Positions 24,230-33,036 of a stretch of 64,000 bases of DNA are shown here, in pieces. Position numbers and translations under genes: made by a program. This DNA comes from an uncultured Fibrobacteria bacterium (lineage in GTDB: Bacteria > Fibrobacterota > Fibrobacteria > UBA11236): assembly GCA_963716395.1 (NCBI GenBank), contig OY970309.1:608001-672000 (forward strand), read 5' to 3'. The notes under the pieces are model-generated. The model saw only the letters and a program-made list of their open reading frames with translations. It searched no databases and had not been told where the DNA came from. Each line of letters begins with the position of its first letter. Position 1 is the stretch's first letter.

Positions 24230-26205
24230 CTCCAAAATCTCTTCCCGATCATTTACCGCATGTCCAGGACCTGTACAAAGAGTATTTCCTCGACTACGCC
24301 TCGTATGTGATCACCGATCGCGCCGTGCCGCATTTGGTCGACGGCTTGAAACCGGTGCAGCGCCGCATTCTCCACAGCTTGTACGAACTGGACGACGGCC
24401 GCTTCCACAAAGTGGCCAACGTCATCGGCCACACCATGAAGTACCATCCGCACGGCGATGCCGCCATCGGCGAAGCCTTGGTGAATCTGGGGCAAAAGGG
24501 TCTGCTCATCGATACGCAGGGAAATTGGGGCGACCCCATAACCGGCGATTCGGCCGCGGCGCCGCGCTACATCGAAGCCAAGCTCAGCAAATTCGCCCTT
24601 GAAGTCGCTTTCAACCCCGCCACCACGACCTGGCAGCGCAGTTACGACGGCCGCAACCTTGAACCCGTACTCTTGCCCATGAAGTTTCCGCTGGTGCTGG
24701 CCCAAGGCGCCGAAGGCATCGCCGTGGGGCTTTCCACCCGCATCGTGCCGCATAACTTCCGGGAAATTCTCGACGCCTGCATCAAGGTGCTGAAAAAAGA
24801 GCCGTTCAAACTGCTGCCGGATTTCCCCACCGGCGGACAGGTCGACGCCTCGCAATACACCGACGGCAAAAGCGGCGGACGCCTCAAGGTGCGCGCCAAA
24901 ATCAGTGCGGTCGACAACCGCACCTTGTCCATCGTGGAAGCGCCGTTCGGCGTCACCACCTCGCAGCTCATCGAATCCATCGTGTCGGCCAATGACAAAG
25001 GCAAGATCAAGGTCAAAAAAATCGAGGACAAAACTTCGAAAGACGTGGAGATCACGGTGCACTTGCCCGTCGGCGCCGATCCCGACAAGGCCATCGATGC
25101 CCTGTACGCTTTTACCGCCTGCGAGGTTTCCATCGCCGTCAATTGCTGCATCATTCTCGAAAACAAACCCGTCTTTCTGGGCGTGTCGGAATTGCTCGAA
25201 TTGTCGGTGCAGCATACCGTCAAGCTGCTGCGGCTGGAACTGGAAATCCGGAAAAAGGCTTTACAGGAAAAATGGCATTTCAAATCGCTGGAGCAGATTT
25301 TCATCGAAGAAAAAATTTACCGCAGGATTGAAATCGCGGAAAGCTGGGAAGCCATCGTATCCCTGGTGGATAAGGGGTTGCGTCCGTTTAAAGACAAGTT
25401 CTTGCGCGCCGTCACCGATGAAGACATCAAGCGTCTGGTCGAGATCCCCATCCGCCGGATTTCGCGCTACGATGCCCAGCGGGCCGAGGAAGAAATTCTC
25501 GCTTTGCAGGTCCAAATTCAGGAAACCGATAAGCATCTCAAGTATTTGACCAAGTACGCCATCGCCTATTATGAAAACCTGCTGGATAAATACGGCAAGG
25601 GCCGCGAACGCAAAACCAAACTCAAGCGTTTCGACGCCATCGACGCTTCCGAGGTCATTCTCTCGAACCTCAAGGTTTACCTGGATCGCGAGAACGGGTT
25701 TGTAGGAACTTCGGTGCGCGACGGAGAATTGATCGGAGAATTCTCATCGCTCGACGAGATCATCGCCTTCAAGGAAGATGGTTCTTTTTGCGTGACCAAG
25801 GTGTCGGACAAATCCTTTGTCGGCAACAAGGTGGTGTACGCCGCCAAATTCGACCGCACCGACGACAAGACCGTTTACAACATGCTGTATCGCGACGGCC
25901 GCGGCGGCGCGACGATGGCCAAGCGATTTCTCATCGGCGGTCTCACGCGCGACAAGCAATACGACTTGACCAAGGGTTCGGCACAAAGCAAGGTGCACTT
26001 TCTCGCCATTCAACCCGACGGGCTGGTCGACAAAGTCGTGATTCACCTCGTGCCGCAACCGCGCATCCGCACCGAAATCCCCCTCAACTTCGAAGATTTG
26101 CCCGTGCGCCCGCGTGGCGCACAAGGCGTAATCGCCACGCGTCATGCGGTGAAACGCGTGGAGAGGCAAATCAAGTCGTCGGACGGGCAGCCGCGGTTAG
26201 TGTGA
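24226..26205 (+). CDS. parC: Type IIA topoisomerase subunit A (topoisomerase IV-type)
   Basis: DGLKPVQRRIL, YHPHGD, catalytic AAPRY and PDFPTGG motifs. The ATG overlaps the vapC stop (ATGA). Confidence 0.92.
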   Translation: MTPKSLPDHLPHVQDLYKEYFLDYASYVITDRAVPHLVDGLKPVQRRILHSLYELDDGRFHKVANVIGHTMKYHPHGDAAIGEALVNLGQKGLLIDTQGNWGDPITGDSAAAPRYIEAKLSKFALEVAFNPATTTWQRSYDGRNLEPVLLPMKFPLVLAQGAEGIAVGLSTRIVPHNFREILDACIKVLKKEPFKLLPDFPTGGQVDASQYTDGKSGGRLKVRAKISAVDNRTLSIVEAPFGVTTSQLIESIVSANDKGKIKVKKIEDKTSKDVEITVHLPVGADPDKAIDALYAFTACEVSIAVNCCIILENKPVFLGVSELLELSVQHTVKLLRLELEIRKKALQEKWHFKSLEQIFIEEKIYRRIEIAESWEAIVSLVDKGLRPFKDKFLRAVTDEDIKRLVEIPIRRISRYDAQRAEEEILALQVQIQETDKHLKYLTKYAIAYYENLLDKYGKGRERKTKLKRFDAIDASEVILSNLKVYLDRENGFVGTSVRDGELIGEFSSLDEIIAFKEDGSFCVTKVSDKSFVGNKVVYAAKFDRTDDKTVYNMLYRDGRGGATMAKRFLIGGLTRDKQYDLTKGSAQSKVHFLAIQPDGLVDKVVIHLVPQPRIRTEIPLNFEDLPVRPRGAQGVIATRHAVKRVERQIKSSDGQPRLV

Positions 26206-26390
26206 TTACCGCGGCGAAACGAAGTTTTTTTCTTAGCCGATCCTTATAAAGTTCCTTGAATTTTCGGGACGCCAAACAGGCTCACCTCAATCGTTCCTAG
26301 AAAGCGGCCGAACACAGGCTGTATCCAATTTACCCCGATTGGGGTTATTCAATCCCACAAGTAAGGGCGGTTTTCATTGGGGTTGTTTGG

Positions 26391-27008
26391 TCAGGGCATG
26401 GTCGTCGAGCCGTCTGCATGCGCGGATCTTTGCATCCGAGAGGTGAGGGAATCCGCGGATATGGGTTCCCGCAGGATTTGGTCGACCCCCAACCATTGAT
26501 GATCCAGCAAGGCGTTATGCCAGTAAAAGGATACTTCCGAAGTGGGTTCAGTTCCTATCCATAAACTCATTTCGGCGAACATTTGCACATTGAACGAGAG
26601 CATTTTCCGGGGCGGCGGAGGAAGTTTGCCCAAGAATGTGAAGGTAAAGGAACCAATCCAAAACGCCTTTTCATCGTGGGTGAGATCGTCCTTGGGACCT
26701 TTGCCGCCGGGTTTCCATCGGATGATTTTAAGATTGTCGATCGGGTGGTTGTCTACGGAGAGGTGGATCCGGGCGCGTTCGTAATTTTCCATCATCATTT
26801 GATAACCGCGCACTTCATCCGGGACTATGGTTCCAAGTTCGAAGGAAATTTTGTGTGGCAAGATATAGGTGAAATCATCGTGGTGGACCTGCACCGTGAC
26901 AGTGAACGAGTCATGATCCAGGAGACGTAACTTGATCTTGGTGGCTCCGCTGGGATGACTATGTGCGACTGCCGCTATAGCCAGAATGGGGAAAATTGCC
27001 GAACGCAA
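26391..27008 (-). CDS. Hypothetical secreted protein
   Basis: Signal peptide ending AVAHS followed by His-Pro. TTG start. Confidence 0.65.
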   Translation of the reverse strand: MRSAIFPILAIAAVAHSHPSGATKIKLRLLDHDSFTVTVQVHHDDFTYILPHKISFELGTIVPDEVRGYQMMMENYERARIHLSVDNHPIDNLKIIRWKPGGKGPKDDLTHDEKAFWIGSFTFTFLGKLPPPPRKMLSFNVQMFAEMSLWIGTEPTSEVSFYWHNALLDHQWLGVDQILREPISADSLTSRMQRSAHADGSTTMP

Positions 27009-27039
27009 ACCGAAATTGGCCCTTTGATTTTTCTCAACT

Positions 27040-27072
27040 AAAAGGCCTCACCCATATTGGGAAGGCCTTTTT
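27040..27072. terminator. Stem-loop terminator
   Basis: AAAAGGCCT..AGGCCTTTT with A/T tails on both sides. Confidence 0.7.
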
Positions 27073-27099
27073 CAGAGAGACCCGCGACCGAGAAATGCT

Positions 27100-28602
27100 C
27101 TAATACAAGCTAATCCGTTTGGTAATCGAATATTTGCTTTTGGGAATGTTCACCCGCACGAAATAGGTACCAATGGGAAGGGCAGAAACCTGAATTTTTC
27201 TGTTGAAACCACCCATCACGGTATTGGAATAGACCTTGCTGCCTTTCAAATCGGTGACCAGGATATGATATGTTCCATACACGTTCATAATGATTTCGAT
27301 GCCGCGGCTGGTGGAATTGACCTCGGTGATGCTTTGGTCGCTGCCTACGGGTTCAATCGACACCGTTTTGGGGGTTTGGCAAGGATAAATGCTGGGATTT
27401 TTGGAGGCCGCTGCCAAATCCGAATCATGCCCCGTCAACAAGCGTACCGTAGCCTCGGGATTGTATTCGACATAATTTGAATCCATGCAACCGGCAAAGT
27501 CGCCGGCCAAATACCGCATGATGCGCCAGTCGATTTGATAGTAAATGCTGTCATCCTGGGTGAAAATCACGTCATTGGAACCGACTTCATTTTCATCATG
27601 GCCCATCATGTTGTAAGCGGTAATACCCTTGCCCATTTTGCGCGACCAGGCTTCTGGGTGATTGCCCAAAACGGGGCAAGCCGGAATGCTTGTACCCGTC
27701 CCCCCGTTCGTGGCAGCACTACCCACGTGGTTCTCATCCAAAGTGAACAGTACATTTACGCTGCCTTCCGAAGCGCCGATCACGCCATTGAGAGCATTTC
27801 CCTGGGATGGGGATGTTCCATAAATGCGGGGGGCTGTGGCGCGGACATTTTCATAGTTTGTGCGGTAGGTATACCATTCATCCTTGGCCGTGAAAGAACG
27901 GGGAAGAGTGCGCCCGCTTTCGTCCTTGCTTAGCCAGATGTTCATGCTTTCCGGATTCTTGATGCCATGGGGGTGATCTGTGGTTATCAAGGGAATTTGC
28001 TGGCTTTGGCCTGGGCAACTATAAGGGGAAGTGATGCCGGTTCCCGGCACCGGGCCTGGCAATACGGAATCGGCATAAATCAGCGCCGGTGTTCCAGCAT
28101 TATTGTGCTGGTTATATTCGCGAATGGTGGCGCGTCCGAGAAATTTGCAACTGGGATCATCAATGTTCTCCTGCCCGTTTACCGGACAGGGAATGAATGC
28201 CGCCGAAGCGTGAATCAGGAAAAGCGCACCGCCCTTGTTTTCCACGTAATCGATCACCGCGGATTGGGAGGCATCGGTGGTGAAAACATTGCCATCTCCA
28301 TTGGTGGCCATCAGCAAAGACACGCCCTGCAAATTCGCCGTGGTGAAGGCGTATGGACCACTGCCGCCCACCGTATCCAACTGGAAACCGTAATGCCTGG
28401 CGAAGTATGCCACCATCTGCCTGGCATAAGCCCGGCTTTGCGGGTGCCCTCCCGACACGGCGTAGGAATAAAGCACGACATGCTTGATATTATGCCCCGG
28501 CATGGTGGTGTCGTAAATGGCACTGGCTTTGGTGTTTTGGACCCCGCCAGCCAATAAAAAAACTAAGGCGCCCCAAACAATTCCGAAAATTGTTCGTTTC
28601 AT
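27100..28602 (-). CDS. Secreted ThuA-like (class I GATase-like) domain protein with T9SS-like C-terminal domain
   Basis: Signal peptide; GG..IHA, DEWY, HPEAW and MGH ThuA-like motifs; a GCMD..YNPEAT linker; tail TDLKG..LPIGTYFVRV..K. Confidence 0.75.
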   Translation of the reverse strand: MKRTIFGIVWGALVFLLAGGVQNTKASAIYDTTMPGHNIKHVVLYSYAVSGGHPQSRAYARQMVAYFARHYGFQLDTVGGSGPYAFTTANLQGVSLLMATNGDGNVFTTDASQSAVIDYVENKGGALFLIHASAAFIPCPVNGQENIDDPSCKFLGRATIREYNQHNNAGTPALIYADSVLPGPVPGTGITSPYSCPGQSQQIPLITTDHPHGIKNPESMNIWLSKDESGRTLPRSFTAKDEWYTYRTNYENVRATAPRIYGTSPSQGNALNGVIGASEGSVNVLFTLDENHVGSAATNGGTGTSIPACPVLGNHPEAWSRKMGKGITAYNMMGHDENEVGSNDVIFTQDDSIYYQIDWRIMRYLAGDFAGCMDSNYVEYNPEATVRLLTGHDSDLAAASKNPSIYPCQTPKTVSIEPVGSDQSITEVNSTSRGIEIIMNVYGTYHILVTDLKGSKVYSNTVMGGFNRKIQVSALPIGTYFVRVNIPKSKYSITKRISLY

Positions 28603-28699
28603 AATCCTCTTATCCTCCCAGAGACAATCCCCATGATGTAGACGATTTAAAATACAGCCGAATTCCTTTTAACGAAGGTGAAAATTCCTTCAAATATCA

Positions 28700-30124
28700 C
28701 TAAAAAAGCCCGTATTCCAGGCGGATGATGTAATACCAGTCCCGGCTGAACGGGGTGGAAGACACGGTACTGTAATCGGCCCCACCCGGACCCGCATAGA
28801 GTTGGCGTTCATGGTCGCTGGCCGCCTGGGCATAGATATTCAAACCTTTAGTGATATGCCGGCTGGCATAAACGGACCAACGCCACTTGGTGGTTGGCGC
28901 ATTTGGATTGGTTGGGGTGGCGGGAAGCGGAAATCCATTCCCGTTATAAACCGAAGAAATATCGTCCACCCAGTCGGATTTGTAATATTCGACTTCGCAG
29001 TTAAGTTTATCCAGGAGCTTGAAGGTTGGGATATTCACGCCCGCCATAATCGGCATGCGTTGCCAGGGATTTTTGTAATAATAGGGGTAGTTTTTGATCC
29101 CCAGCATGGCCCATTCGGCATAAACCTTGAAGCTGTTCGCAGGGATGAGGTCGGGCATGTTCAACAAGGATCCGAAATCCAAGGATATGCGGGCCATGGC
29201 TTTGACGGCCTGGAAGGTATAATAACCCAATTGACTGGCTGGGGTTGTGAGGGTCAGCGAATCGCGTACCCAATACAGCGAGTCGTGGGCGCGGTAAATG
29301 GGGTAGAGAGGATTGGTCGGGTCCAGGTTGGCAACCGATCCCACATTGGATAAGGCAAGACTGTAAGGGGTGTTGGTGGACTTGCTGTAGGCGTTATTCA
29401 AATCCTTCGGCGTCACCGCGTCGGGATTGAATGAAAAGGCATGCGCCCATTCAAGGCCTCCGCCGAATTCCAAAAAGCTCGTGGGTTTAATCGTCACCGT
29501 ATAGCCGGGACTCAAATCATCGGTGGGCTCGATGCCTCTTTCGATGAACAGGGTGAAATCATGAATGACCTTGCCTCCGAAAGTGGGAAGGTTGAAATGC
29601 GCTCCCTCGGCCAGGTAATCGGCGGAATTGAGATAGGACCAGCCTCCATTCCAAATCGTATTGGGATAGGCATCGCAGCGGTAAAGGTATTCGCCCAGAT
29701 TGTTGGCATCGGGATTGTATTTGTAGGGGAATAGGCCGAATTGCAATTTGGCCGAGGGATCCGAAGGGTCGCCGAAGGAATAAATCCCCTGCGCTTCGCC
29801 TACGCCGGGCCCGAATTGCAGGATTCGATCGCTGATTTCTCCGCCATTGCTAAAGGAATACCAGAACAGGCCACCCGCCGTAAGCCGCACTTCGAATTTT
29901 TTATCCGAGATACCGGCATAGGTCATGTAAACGCCGGTGCGGGACAAAGGAATGCCTTTGGCATTATCCTGGGTTCCGGCGGTGTAATAGGAGCCCTTCA
30001 CAATTTGCCCCAAGTCCATATAGGCTCCGATTTCATTGGGCTCATTTTCCCAATCGGCATGCAGATTCGTGGCGGCGCAGGCCAGCACCAGGCAAAATTG
30101 AAATCGTATGCTCAAGGAGTTCAT
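28700..30124 (-). CDS. Putative outer-membrane beta-barrel protein (paralog 2)
   Basis: Signal peptide, aromatic amphipathic strands and terminal WYYIIRLEYGLF. Colinear with the neighbouring paralog. Confidence 0.8.
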   Translation of the reverse strand: MNSLSIRFQFCLVLACAATNLHADWENEPNEIGAYMDLGQIVKGSYYTAGTQDNAKGIPLSRTGVYMTYAGISDKKFEVRLTAGGLFWYSFSNGGEISDRILQFGPGVGEAQGIYSFGDPSDPSAKLQFGLFPYKYNPDANNLGEYLYRCDAYPNTIWNGGWSYLNSADYLAEGAHFNLPTFGGKVIHDFTLFIERGIEPTDDLSPGYTVTIKPTSFLEFGGGLEWAHAFSFNPDAVTPKDLNNAYSKSTNTPYSLALSNVGSVANLDPTNPLYPIYRAHDSLYWVRDSLTLTTPASQLGYYTFQAVKAMARISLDFGSLLNMPDLIPANSFKVYAEWAMLGIKNYPYYYKNPWQRMPIMAGVNIPTFKLLDKLNCEVEYYKSDWVDDISSVYNGNGFPLPATPTNPNAPTTKWRWSVYASRHITKGLNIYAQAASDHERQLYAGPGGADYSTVSSTPFSRDWYYIIRLEYGLF

Positions 30125-30135
30125 TCCCAACTCCC

Positions 30136-31530
30136 TTACATTCCCAGTTCGAGCCGCAGCAGGTAATACCATGATCCATCATGCCAAGGCAATTTTTCAT
30201 TGTCCGTAACCGGATACGTGCTCGGCGCGGCGTTCAAATCGAAAGGACGGAAATGATCATTGGCCACCTGCCCGACCAAGGAAACGCCCTGAATAATGTG
30301 TCGGCGAAAATAAATGGACCATTTGAAATTGTCGTAATGCTGGGTGTATATGCCCGAGGCGGCCGGTATGGGCGCAGGTCCGACCAACACGCTTTCCAAG
30401 TTGTCCTGGTAACGGGAATAATGGTATTCCGTTTCCAGGGACAATTTGTCCAGCCATTTGAAGGTCGGGATGTCGATGCCGATCATCACCGGCATGCGTT
30501 CGTAAGCGTCTTTGTAGTAATAGGGGTAATCCTTGACCCCCAGCCAGGCCCACTCCCCGTATAACTTGAAATCTCCGGGAGCGATGGCGTCTGTATTCAA
30601 CAGCATGCCGAGATCCACGCTGGCGCGCGCCATCAATTTGATGCTGTGAAAAGTGTAATAGGCTGTATCGGTGGCCGCCACGGTATCCATGTTTAGGGGT
30701 AAACCGGTATTCGGATCATACCCCCATGCGGAATAGCCATTTCCGCTTATGTCTTTCTCGCTTTGAAAGGGGAGTGCATGCGTAAAAACCACGCCGCCGC
30801 CGAATTCGAAAAAGGAAGCGGGCTTCACCGTAATCAGGTAGCCCGGATCCAAATCGCCGGTGGGCTCGAGATCGCGTTCCATGAACAAGGTGAAATCGTT
30901 GGTGATCGCCCCTCCGAGCATGGGCACGGTGAGCCGAGCGCCCTGGGCGAAATATTGCGCGTTATCGATGATGGACCATCCGCCGGTTTGCATATAGGTT
31001 GGGTAGGCGCTGCCGCGGAACAGATACTCGCCCAGATTTTTGGCGTCCGGGTTGTACTTCATGGGGAAAAAACCGAATTGCAAGGTGGCCGCGGGGTTTT
31101 TGGGGTCGCTGCCGAATTTGTATTGGCCTTGCGCCTGCCCCACGCCCGGTCCGAATTTGACGAGATGATCGATGTAGGTGGTTCCTCGGGGAATGGCATA
31201 CCAGAATAGCCCGCCGACCGTCAATTGCACGCTGAGCCGGTCGGCATAGGTGCCCGACTGTGTGACATAAACGCCGACCCGGTTCACGACCCGGTCATCT
31301 TCATTTTGCTCCAGTTGCTGGCTATGCGCAAAGCCGCGCACGATTTGGCCGAAATCGAAAGTCGCGCCCACGGAGGTCGGATTTCGCACCAAATCTGCCT
31401 GGCTCATGAGCGGTAAAGCCAAGCCCAGACAGCACCCTAAAACCAAGGGCTGCAGCCCAACCTTCATGCTTCGCGATACGCTCCCCATTGCACAAAATAC
31501 CTTTGGTTGCGGGTCTAACTTTTTCCTCAT
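30136..31530 (-). CDS. Putative outer-membrane beta-barrel protein (paralog 1)
   Basis: Shares GGLFWY, FGPGVG.AQG, KYNPDA.NLGEYL.R and YPYYY..RMP with 28700-30124. Terminal WYYLLRLELGM. Confidence 0.8.
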   Translation of the reverse strand: MRKKLDPQPKVFCAMGSVSRSMKVGLQPLVLGCCLGLALPLMSQADLVRNPTSVGATFDFGQIVRGFAHSQQLEQNEDDRVVNRVGVYVTQSGTYADRLSVQLTVGGLFWYAIPRGTTYIDHLVKFGPGVGQAQGQYKFGSDPKNPAATLQFGFFPMKYNPDAKNLGEYLFRGSAYPTYMQTGGWSIIDNAQYFAQGARLTVPMLGGAITNDFTLFMERDLEPTGDLDPGYLITVKPASFFEFGGGVVFTHALPFQSEKDISGNGYSAWGYDPNTGLPLNMDTVAATDTAYYTFHSIKLMARASVDLGMLLNTDAIAPGDFKLYGEWAWLGVKDYPYYYKDAYERMPVMIGIDIPTFKWLDKLSLETEYHYSRYQDNLESVLVGPAPIPAASGIYTQHYDNFKWSIYFRRHIIQGVSLVGQVANDHFRPFDLNAAPSTYPVTDNEKLPWHDGSWYYLLRLELGM

Positions 31531-31740
31531 TACCGTGCTCCCTTGTACAACTCGTGCCTCCGAGAATTTTGAAGCGAAGGATAAATATAAAGCCTTGAAT
31601 CACTGACGCTCATGTTTTTTTAGTTCTTCTGTGACTAGTTAAGCCCGTTCGGCTTGAAAATCGTCCAACGGACTCACTTCTCTTTTTTTAAACCCATCGG
31701 AGTTCGCCGGAGTATGGAGAGGGGTTGAGGCACCCCGGTT

Positions 31741-32586
31741 TCAAACGTCCAATATGGTCATCGCTTCGCGTAAGGAGGCGAGCGGATCCCGGGTGGGGAT
31801 GAATTCCAATCCGACATAACCGGTATACCCGGTATCCAAAATGGCGCCCATGACCGCCGAATAATTGACTTCCTGTCCCGATCCGATTTCGCCGCGGCCA
31901 GGCACACCCGCCACCTGCACATGCCCGATTTTTCCGGTCAGGTTTCGAATCCTACGGATGAGATCGCCGTCCATGATCTGCACATGGTAGACGTCGAGGA
32001 GCAATTTGAGGGCGGGAGATCCCACTTTGTCGATCACCTCCAAGCAGAAGTCGATATGATCGCCTTGATATCCCGGGTGACCTTTCATGCTGGCGCCATC
32101 CCTTGAATTCAGCGGCTCCAGACAAATCGTGACCCTCTGCTTTTCCGCATGTCCGACAATCTTTTTATAGCCTTCCACGCAATTGCGCAGGCCTTCTTCC
32201 CGCGAGACAACGCTGCCCGGCCGGGCGCCCTCTTCGGGTACGCGCGTGTCGGCAAATCCGGTAAAAGTGATGACATTAGGAAAGCCCGCCTCCGCGTTCG
32301 CGTTAATCGATGCCTCCAGCTTGCCCAGACACTCATCCCAATGCAATGGGTTATTCATCCCCCGCACAAATAGATGTGAGTTCGTCAAGGCGGAGACGAG
32401 TCCATACCGTTTGAGCAGGGGAAATTCCTCCGGTGAAACGACCTCCAAGGCCGACACCCCAAAATCAACGGCCACGGTGCAGACTTTTTCGAGGGGCCAA
32501 TGATCAGCTTGATCGCGCAAGCACCATGTCGTCAAAGCCGGCTTGAACTTCCCGCGCTTTTTCGCCTCAGAGATTGAACCCATCAT
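31741..32586 (-). CDS. Hydroxypyruvate isomerase / sugar-phosphate isomerase-like TIM barrel
   Basis: LEPLNS, LLDVYHVQIMDGD, GHVQVAGVPGRGE and GYVGLEF motifs. Confidence 0.88.
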   Translation of the reverse strand: MMGSISEAKKRGKFKPALTTWCLRDQADHWPLEKVCTVAVDFGVSALEVVSPEEFPLLKRYGLVSALTNSHLFVRGMNNPLHWDECLGKLEASINANAEAGFPNVITFTGFADTRVPEEGARPGSVVSREEGLRNCVEGYKKIVGHAEKQRVTICLEPLNSRDGASMKGHPGYQGDHIDFCLEVIDKVGSPALKLLLDVYHVQIMDGDLIRRIRNLTGKIGHVQVAGVPGRGEIGSGQEVNYSAVMGAILDTGYTGYVGLEFIPTRDPLASLREAMTILDV

Positions 32587-33036
32587 CCCACTCCTTGTTG
32601 AATCGTATCACTCATCGCGCCCATGCGCGACTCCCCCGATAAGACACGCGCCGATACGATTTCGACGGCGCTCACATTAACAATCACCCCTACCCGGCAC
32701 CCCTGCCCCACGGATGATTTAACAATTTTTCAGCCTCGGAAGAGCCCGGGAATTTGCCAAAGAGCTTGAAATTGCCAATACGGATAAAAATTTAACTCCA
32801 GACAAATTCAAATTCGGCCAGCAAGGCGGCCGGGAGTGGGATATATTTTCGAAGATGTTTAGAACCCATCGAAAAGTCCTGGTGAAGGTGCGGGAAACAG
32901 CCTGCGTTTAAGTTCGTGACGAGCTTCCCTTACGGCGGATTGAGATGGTAAGAAGTTTTTGGAAGCGAAATATTTTAAACTTCAGGCCCACAAAAACTCC
33001 GAAGATACTTGGGGATTGATTTCATCGAAAGGAAGA

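Noticed and set aside
21432-26205. Calling the topoisomerase pair gyrB/gyrA
   Set aside because: The A subunit is short (about 660 aa) with no GyrA-box, which fits a topoisomerase IV-type enzyme better.
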